A stretch of 64,000 nucleotides of DNA from assembly GCA_964234715.1 (NCBI GenBank), contig OZ174278.1; one strand, given 5' to 3'. The stretch is from Podarcis melisellensis. Taxonomy: Eukaryota. Numbering within the stretch: the first letter of the stretch is position 1; the number at the start of each line of letters is the position of its first letter. The position numbers and the translations under genes were made by a program. Shown here one piece after another: positions 55,801 to 64,000 of the stretch. The notes beneath the pieces were generated by a model. That model made no database searches. It was not told the origin of the DNA and saw only the letters and a program-made list of their open reading frames with translations.

Positions 55801-58800
55801 ATAGAAGGAAAAAGCCGGCCCAATAGTTTTATGCGAAGAAACGTGGAGACTTTCAAAGTCCGGGGAACCGGAGCCTGTTTACTTTTCCTCGACTTCTGGC
55901 TTTTCTTTCGCTTGGGAACCCATGTCTCCATATAACAGAAACAATGTTTGGGCAAAGCCTGCACAAACAAGGAGAGGCCGGTTTACAAGGCTTAAGGAAC
56001 CGGCTTTTGTGCTCCCTTTCCATTCTGAAAACGCTCTTTATACCATCCCCTTTTCTGCGCCCCTCTCTTCGCTCCCCCATCCGCTTCCCAGCTTCTCCCT
56101 TTTCCTGGATCCCGACTTCAGGTCAGGATTCCTTTCCAGCTTTCTGCGATGAGAAAAAACAAGGATCTCCTTCAAGACACCAAAAGCGATTATGGAAAGC
56201 GAAGCTAACCTAGAAACTCAGGCACTGATCGCAAAAGTGCCCTTTGGGGTTGCTGTGCGCCTATAATATACACACACATCCCTCCCACCCCTTCATATAA
56301 TTCCGGGAAATGTAGTTTAAGGGAATTAGAGCATTTTGAGGGTGAGTTACAGTTCCCGGGATTCTTGGGTGTGTGCCTTTGGCGATGTGCTTTCAGTGTA
56401 TGGCTGCGCCAATCGATCACTTTTTGAGCCACTTTGATTTTAAAAATACAAGCTTGAAAAATGTGCGCATCTTCCCCTCCACTGAATTCAATAGGGGAAT
56501 CAAGACCACGCTTCCATTTCTCCCGTTGACTTGGAAGTCAGTCTAGCGGGTGAGGGAGACTGCGTGGGATCAGGCTGCCTTAGGGCTTAGCTGTGGCTGA
56601 ATTGTGCCCTTTTGTAGTCCGACCAGTTATTCCGAGCCCACAATCCTGGATCGAAGCTGGTTGTTTTTTTTAAAAAACAACAACACAACAACAACAACAA
56701 CAACAACACCATTTCCCTCAGAATTAGTAGGAGAGATGGCACGCAGACTTTCTGGAAAGGAAAGGGGCCGCTGAGATCAACTAAACGCCGCTCGACTTAA
56801 CTTTCCAATTATTGCGTCAGTATTTCCATCGCAGGACTTCGTGCGTTTCGGGTTGCGAGGAGGAAGCAGGAAGGAAGGAAGGAAAAAACCCGACCCAGAT
56901 GGACAGCACCAGAGATTTCACTGAGAGCATTTGTGCTAAACCAGCTGCTAGCGATGAGGCTGAAAGATTTGTTTTCAAACCCGAAGGTTGCAATGCTTGT
57001 GGACAGCATAAGGCTTGGACCACCTTATCCTTTACAGATCATGAATGGTTTGGGGGAAGTTGGGATTCCTTCACTGTGTTGGCATCAGATGTGTTTGTCA
57101 ACAAATTCCATTTTATTTTAAGGAAAGCTGACCGGAGCAAGTTATTTGTTGACTGAGGCAGGTTGGAGAAGAAACCATGGATGTGCTTACGCTCTGTAAC
57201 CCTGCAGAAGCAGTTTTGTTCCAGGGAACCCAACAGTCCATCAATGGTGTGCAGATTCCACCACTAACGCTGGCAGATGGTGCCTGCCCTCTGCAGAAGC
57301 AGCTCATGAAAGCATGTGGAGGACACTTTGGTCACAGGTAGGCCATCTGCAAGAGGACTCTCAAAATGCCACAGTTGCCTTGAGTGGGCCTTTGGCAGAT
57401 TCAAGGCCAGGTCAAGGTGCTTCCCAGCCAGTAGCAGCGGAGAAAAAGGTGATGACGTGGTCCCAGCGTTTTTTGTGCTGCGTCAGATTTGTGATATCAA
57501 GGGACACACATTGCAGGATGCTGTGAACATTCCTGGCATGCTCTGCTGCCAGCATATAATGAGGACTAGCATAGGGATGCAAGAGATGGCAGCATGCAAC
57601 TTCCTATTTCCTTGCGAGAATTTTTGGACAACAACTGTTCTGTATTTGTTTTTATAAATGAAGGTAACTTTTAAAAATAAAAAGTACCTTTTGGTAAACA
57701 AGATTAGCTACACATGGAAGTCATGCACAATGCATTCATTTGCACTAATTTGATTAAAAGCGCACATAAATCACAGAACGTAATGATAACAGCAGAAGGC
57801 TCCCAACTGACTGCCTACTTCCCTTCGGTCCTAGGATGCCACAATTTATGCTTTCCAGCATTTAGAGAAAATCTTTTTATATGCAAACTTTAAATGTAGT
57901 AGGAAGCAATATTTTTTTTTTGGAAGTCTATTTCTTTGCCTCCAACCAAGCCTCAGAGGCACCAATGCATTTAGGAGAGCAAGAAGTCTATCCACAACTA
58001 TATGCTGGTTTGTTTAATGTGGCCTCAGTGAGTGAAAGAGAAAAATAGAGGGCTGACTCTTTGCATGAGTCTCTGGGGAAATCCTTCACACATGTAACTA
58101 ATTTGAAATCCATACTTCATAGGTAGATTACAGTTCAAATCTGGCAAGCTTTGCCCTCCCCGCCAACTCTTCCTTTGGCCAATATCAGGTCGTGACTCCT
58201 GGGGCTGAGACAACAGGTGCGACCTCAATAATGCTCAGGAAATTGCCAATCAGTTTCAGGTAAGCAAACCATTCTTCCTTCCTACTGGGGCAACCTATCT
58301 CTGAGCAGAATCGGGATGGAGTTGGAAGTGTAGCATTAATTGACTACTTCTTTTTATCTCCCTTTTATTACACTGGGATAATAAGGAACTCCATAAAACT
58401 GTGTGATGCTTGACTAACCTTGCTTCACCTACAGTGGATATAACAGCCCAGTCATATACCGAGGCAGGCGTGTCTGCCTTCACCGATCTCTGTGGGCTTC
58501 AGCAGACCTGAATCTGCAGCACTTTCCAGCCAGGTGAAGAGAAATGTCAGAAGAAGGCAATGAGAGGGAGCAATGGCCATTTTGCATGCGATGGAAGTTG
58601 GAGTCAGTGCCATCTTTTCCGTAGGGCTTAGTGGTGCGTTGCGCCAGGGTGCCGGCCTTTCAGGGGCGCCCCGGTGAGTGGGGGAGCTGCATGGCTTTGC
58701 CAGTGGCCTCCCCTTTCCCTGCATGCCCGCCAGCTGCGCCCTGCCAACCATAGGGCTGGCGGGCGTGCAGCTTGCCTCCCAAGCCTCCGTGGGAGGAGAG

Positions 58801-61800
58801 AGATCCCTGCAAAGGCTTAGGATGGAAGCTGTGCTCCGCTAACTATATGGCCGGCGGGCATGCAGCTTCCCTCTCAAGCCTCTGCAGGCATTGCTCTCCT
58901 GCAGCAGCATGGGGGAGTGTTGCCCCCCCAATGGCTGTCAGTGCGCAGTTTCATACCCCCCCCCATTGCATGGTAATTTGGGGGCGCTGGGCAGATATTT
59001 GCACCCCGGCGCTGCATCTGCTAAAGATGGCCCTGGTTGGAGTGCCATTTCGAAGCAATGCATTCTGTCTCAAAGACATCTAGCCATGTGACGCTGACAC
59101 AAAAGCTTACACTATGCAAAAGAATGAAAGGTCATTACCCCCATGGGGGGCTGGGGGGCAGCTGCCCCCCTACAACAAGTCAATGTTTAAAAATACTCAC
59201 GTCACAGAACCCAAAGCAATGTTGTCAATGTTTTTATATTTTATACTTTATCCCCAGCACCCTTTCTTCTCATACAGGCTCATGGGTGGTTAAAAAGTTC
59301 AACATATCTTGTCTTATGTAAGAAAAAAGCAATATAAGGAGATACAATTCACATATACATTTGACACATCAAAGATCTGCTGCACACGGACAGAAGGCTG
59401 ATATTAAACCAAAGCACAGATTTGCAGTTGTGGGGTACTCCCCTAGTAGTACCCTAAACATAAAGTTTAATTCCCACACTGCTAACCTGTCTGTACTGTC
59501 TGGCTTGCACTTGTTTTGGGGCTGTGATTGTGGATGTCAGCCTGTTTAGTGTTGTCATTTAAAGATGTAATACAAGGCTTTAGAACTGCTTGCCAAGCGA
59601 GACTTGGCTAGCACTATCTTTGATGACCTTCTGCTGGCCGACAAAGAGATTTTTATTTAAACAGGCCTTTGGCCCATAAACTGACACAGGTAATTTAGTG
59701 TGAGAGAGTTTGGTTTTAAACGATTATTTGTTTGATTGTATTGATGATCAGCTTCTTTGTTTCTTTTGCTTTGAATTATATTGTGGTTTTATTTTATTTG
59801 CATTGTTGCCAATAGGTGTAATGAGTGCTATTTGGTGGAAAGTGGGGATACAATGTAAGCAAATGATGATGATGATATATGTTTATCGATATTAATGCTG
59901 TGTATTAGTCACAGTATAGTCACTATACTATATACCCTTGAGCACAGTGCTTTGCAAGTCGTGTCAGCTGATCAGTGGTGTCTGCAAACCTGCTTTGGCC
60001 CAATCACATCTGATCTGCCATGCTGCCACTCACCTGATGCTATATATGACATGAGTTGAAGGGCAGATGGCTTGGCCAGAGTGGTCTTTTGAGCAAAATG
60101 GGGAGGCTTCATTAGGCCCACAGTCTGGATATTTCCAACCCTGAGTGCGGTGAATCATGTTGGGTACTTCTTTACAGCGATCTTTATTTTTCCTCTAAAC
60201 CAAGTGACTTTTTGAATCTTCCTCTCCCCTAGCTCGCTTTGAGCAATAATGCAATTATATCCACAGGAGTCCTACTAAAATACAGAAGACTCACTACCTG
60301 TACAATGGCAACCATACACAGTGGGTAATTTGATGGGGCCAAGGTCACACAAAGGGCCTTTCAGGGTCACAGTCTGTGGATTTACTGTTGCGTAGATTTT
60401 TAAGCTATATGCACATTACTAGCTTAAAACACAGCCAGATCATTCTTTTGCTCAATTTGGATCAAAGATGGTTTGTGGGGAAATGCATCGAAACACAGTA
60501 TTTCACAAGAAACAACAGGGCAGATGCAGGATAGATATGGATGGTGGCTAATGTTGTGTGTACACAACTTTCCAAATCGGCTGTGGGAATGCCCTGGATG
60601 ACGAGTAATTAGGAGCATGTACACAGCCTTAGTTGCACTCAGCTATATATGCCATTGTGGAATTCTTTGCTGTGTCGATAAAGTTCAGCCTGCAAGATAA
60701 TTTTCAAATGGCCAGTATGACTAGTTTGTAAAAGCCACCCTTTACTTGAGAAGTTGTAGGGAGCTTAGATGAGAAATATTATCCTGGCATGCTGCTTTGC
60801 CACATGAAGACTGGGTGCTCACTCACTCAAGACATGTAACATTTTTTATATTTGTTGGAGACTATTAAAGCCAGAGGCCAGAAAATGCTAGTTGTTAAAT
60901 AAAGGGAACCTTTACCATGGACTAATCAGTTTATTTGCATTTCTATATGGAGTGTGATACCCATGTAGTCACGCCAGAACAGTTGTCAGCATTGATGAAT
61001 TAATTCAAAAGTATGACTTAAAACACCCCAGCACCAGCTTATGTGCAAATAGCATACATATTCAGTGCTACATTCTCAGGCCAAAATCCATCAATTGATT
61101 CTAGTTTTATATTTCAGCACTGAAATCAAACTCATACTATTTTGCTTGGGCCAGACTTGATTGTTTCGGTTAGGCCTGGTGCGTGATGAATATTCTGAAA
61201 GCATTACAAAATGGGACATTAATAATAATTATCATGAGCAAACATTAGCCCTGGCTTGTTCAGGATGCAATGCTACACACACACACATTTTAGCGGGAGT
61301 AGATAGTTTAAAAGGTGAAAACCTTTCTTGGGAGAAGGGGAGGCAATATATTAATCACAGGGAGGAAATTTCTAGGCTGAAGAAATAGGAAAAACCTACT
61401 TTGAAAAAGCACACACTAGAGTATTTTTGTTCCATTTGTCTGAAAACCTTTGAACACTTTGAAAGTCAATGTAAGTATTCTTCTAAGTGCTGTTCAGTGA
61501 CTTAAGCAAGCTTTTTTAAATTTTTGTTTCTTTTACTCTTACCTTGAATGCACACTGTGACTAATCTAGTGGGAATGAATAATAGATCTTTAAGGAATAC
61601 AGAAGTTTTAATACAAACTTTTTCTTTCTCAATTTATGGCCGTCATGAGGCTTTATACAATGGTTGTCATAGGAACTCTGGAAGTCATTTAAATAAAGGC
61701 AAACTTCATGACTTCTTTATTCATGATTTAGAAATGATGGATTTAAACTGTTGCTGATACATGATCATAGCTTGATTTGCCATGTTTTCAAGAGCATTAA

Positions 61801-62189
61801 TAAAGAATTAAATGCATGTCAGCCTTGGAACACCCTCTTAGAGGTTGCCCTAACATCCTGATTAAATGTTTTCAATGTCTGTATCCAAAGCACATTGTAA
61901 AACACCTTACAAAATCTGGGGTGTGTCACGTCTGATATTTTTATTTTGTGTCGCCTAGTTAATGCCCCCTGACGCTATCCTCTGCTGTATGTTTGTAATT
62001 TACTAGAAGTGGATCAGGGAAATTATGTATAGCCTTGGGTCAATGGGGGGTGGGTAGATGGGATGGGAGTGAGGTTGCCATCCCTATGATAGTAGGTAGA
62101 GGGTGATATGGAGGAGGGAGAAGGTATAGAGGGGAGGGAGAAGGGCTAGTTCCATCAAAGCCCTTGCCCCCTCTGCTTTGCCTGCTGTA

Positions 62190-63180
62190 TTTCAGAATCT
62201 GGGGGTGCCACACAGCTGTCCTGTGGCCTGTTTTTGTTGATAAATGCCAGAGGAACAGATTGGGATATTGTTAATGTACCCTTCACACTGTTGTGCTACA
62301 ACCTCCCTAACCAAACTTGCAGGGGTAATTTTGGATGCTTTGTTGGACAGCCGTTTCCTGGTGGTGTTGCAGGACTTTAATATCCATGCTGAGGCTGCCT
62401 CAAACAGGCCAGCTTGGTGGTTCATGGTCTCTATGGGCAACCATGGGGCTGTTTCAGTATATCAGTGGTTCAACACACGTGGCAGGGCAGTCCCTAGACC
62501 TAGTCTTTGCAACAGGGTGGATTGGTAGTACTCCATTGACATGTGTGTTTGGGGCTTGCTGTGAGTCCATCGGTGAGGTTTGGGGGGAATGTAGCTACTC
62601 CATTTGGGGGCGGGGGACTCGTTGAGATGCTCTGCCCTCAGAAACTGATAGACTCTGATGGATTCATGAATGCTCTGGGGAATTTGCTGGCTGACATGGT
62701 TGGTGCTCATATTGAGGGCCTTGTCTCACTGAGGAAAGGGGAAATGCTCAGAGCCATTGACACAACACCTCCTGAATGCCTTCACTTTTGCCGTGGAGTA
62801 CATAGGTGACACTGGTATTCCAGTGGCCTGTGTGCGATGAAACACAGTGGGCAGATGGTGTAATTCTCAGTCTGAATGTGGTAGCGGTGGCAGAGAAAAC
62901 TTATTTCACCACCACCACCACTGGATCTGCAAGTAGCTGTCAAGCACAGCTTTTCCAAGTGGCCTGCTGTGAGAACTTGGTGAGGCACTTTAGGGACAAA
63001 ATCACTCAGAGTTGGCTGCTACAAGTTAGAGCAAGTCCAGTGTGGGGTACCGGAATACTGTCTGTTCCATCTGTACTGGATTTGTCTCAGTTATTGGAGC
63101 CTGAGGATTGTGGACAAGTTGCTTGAAGAAGTGAAGTTGACCACCAGTCCCTTGACCCTTGCTTCTTATCTGACTGGTCT
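62190..63180 (+). mobile_element. Degenerate L2 LINE ORF2 (APE endonuclease region)
   Basis: Fragments GILLMY...LVVLQDFNIHAE (ORF 62244) and YISGSTHVAGQSLDLVF (ORF 62335), plus LDPC near 63150; multiple frameshifts. Confidence 0.8.
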
Positions 63181-63390
63181 CAGGTCCAGTTGCCAGTGTC
63201 TCCAGGCAGGGCTGGAAGAGACACTTTCCTGGAAGGGGAAGCTTCTGCCTCTCAGTGTCACCAATTGGGGCTGGATGGGCCAATAGTCTGAATCAGTATA
63301 AGGTACTTTCAGTCTTCCTATGGGATTGAAATGGAAACTTTTCTTTTCTTCTTTCCCAGTTTATTGCATTTTTTAAAAATTGTACAAATA

Positions 63391-63644
63391 CAGTGGTACC
63401 TCAGGTTACATACGCTTCAGGTTACATACGCTTCGGGTTACATACGCTTCAGGTTACATACGCTTCAGGTTACAGACTCCACTAACCCAGAAATAGTACC
63501 TCAAGTTAAGAACTTTGCTTCAGGATGAGAACAGAAATCGGGCTCCGGCAGCACGGCAGCAGCAGGAAGCCCCATTAGCTAAAGTGGTGCTTCAGGTTAA
63601 GAACAGTTTCAGGTTAAAAACGGACCTCCGGAATGGTACCACTG
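63391..63644 (+). mobile_element. Tc1/mariner MITE, copy C, with an internal 16-bp tandem expansion
   Basis: Same family as copy A; CAGGTTACATACGCTT x4 at 63402-63465; TA flanks. Confidence 0.9.
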
Positions 63645-63706
63645 TATGTGATCCTATTAATAAATCATACAAAAATACAAATGGTACACATTCATTCGTA
63701 GTAGCC

Positions 63707-63854
63707 NNNNNNNNNNNNNNNNNNNNNNNNNNNNNNNNNNNNNNNNNNNNNNNNNNNNNNNNNNNNNNNNNNNNNNNNNNNNNNNNNNNNNNNNNNNNNN
63801 NNNNNNNNNNNNNNNNNNNNNNNNNNNNNNNNNNNNNNNNNNNNNNNNNNNNNN
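63707..63854. other. Assembly gap (148 N)
   Basis: Run of N. Confidence 1.
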
Positions 63855-64000
63855 CATTTATGATTCAACAATTCAAAAAGAAAAAGAGAGAAAGAGAATT
63901 GTATGCAGTCATTTAATAAATTAAAAAAAAACACACAACTCCTAAGGGAGCACATTTTAGCTCTTGATCTAGAACAGTCTCACGTAAACAATGGTTCCAT

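Noticed and set aside
63515-63955. ORFs spanning the N run
   Set aside because: Artefacts of the assembly gap and the MITE sequence.

Overview
Vertebrate genomic DNA; the repeat content (Sauria SINEs, squamate MITEs, CR1/L2/L1 remnants) points to a squamate, probably a lacertid lizard (inference). The window holds the 5' part of the bHLH-PAS gene SIM2 on the minus strand. I resolved nine coding exons (ATG at 46312 down to exon 9 ending at 997), all with GT-AG boundaries and consistent phases; the remaining 3' exons are not in the window and presumably lie to its left. About 27-57 kb is a broad CpG-retaining domain around the promoter. The most unusual structure is at 2641-3451 in intron 8: two perfect long palindromes (122-bp and 192-bp arms) in (TA)n tracts. 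They are built from a Penelope-like element terminus and carry four identical minimal hammerhead ribozyme cores, two per strand. Other points of interest are an out-of-frame uORF overlapping the SIM2 start, a dense cluster of a short palindromic repeat family near the promoter, an inverted MITE pair in intron 1, and candidate intronic promoter/enhancer elements. Repeat family names come from recalled motifs, not database searches. Nearly all other ORFs in the supplied track look spurious.
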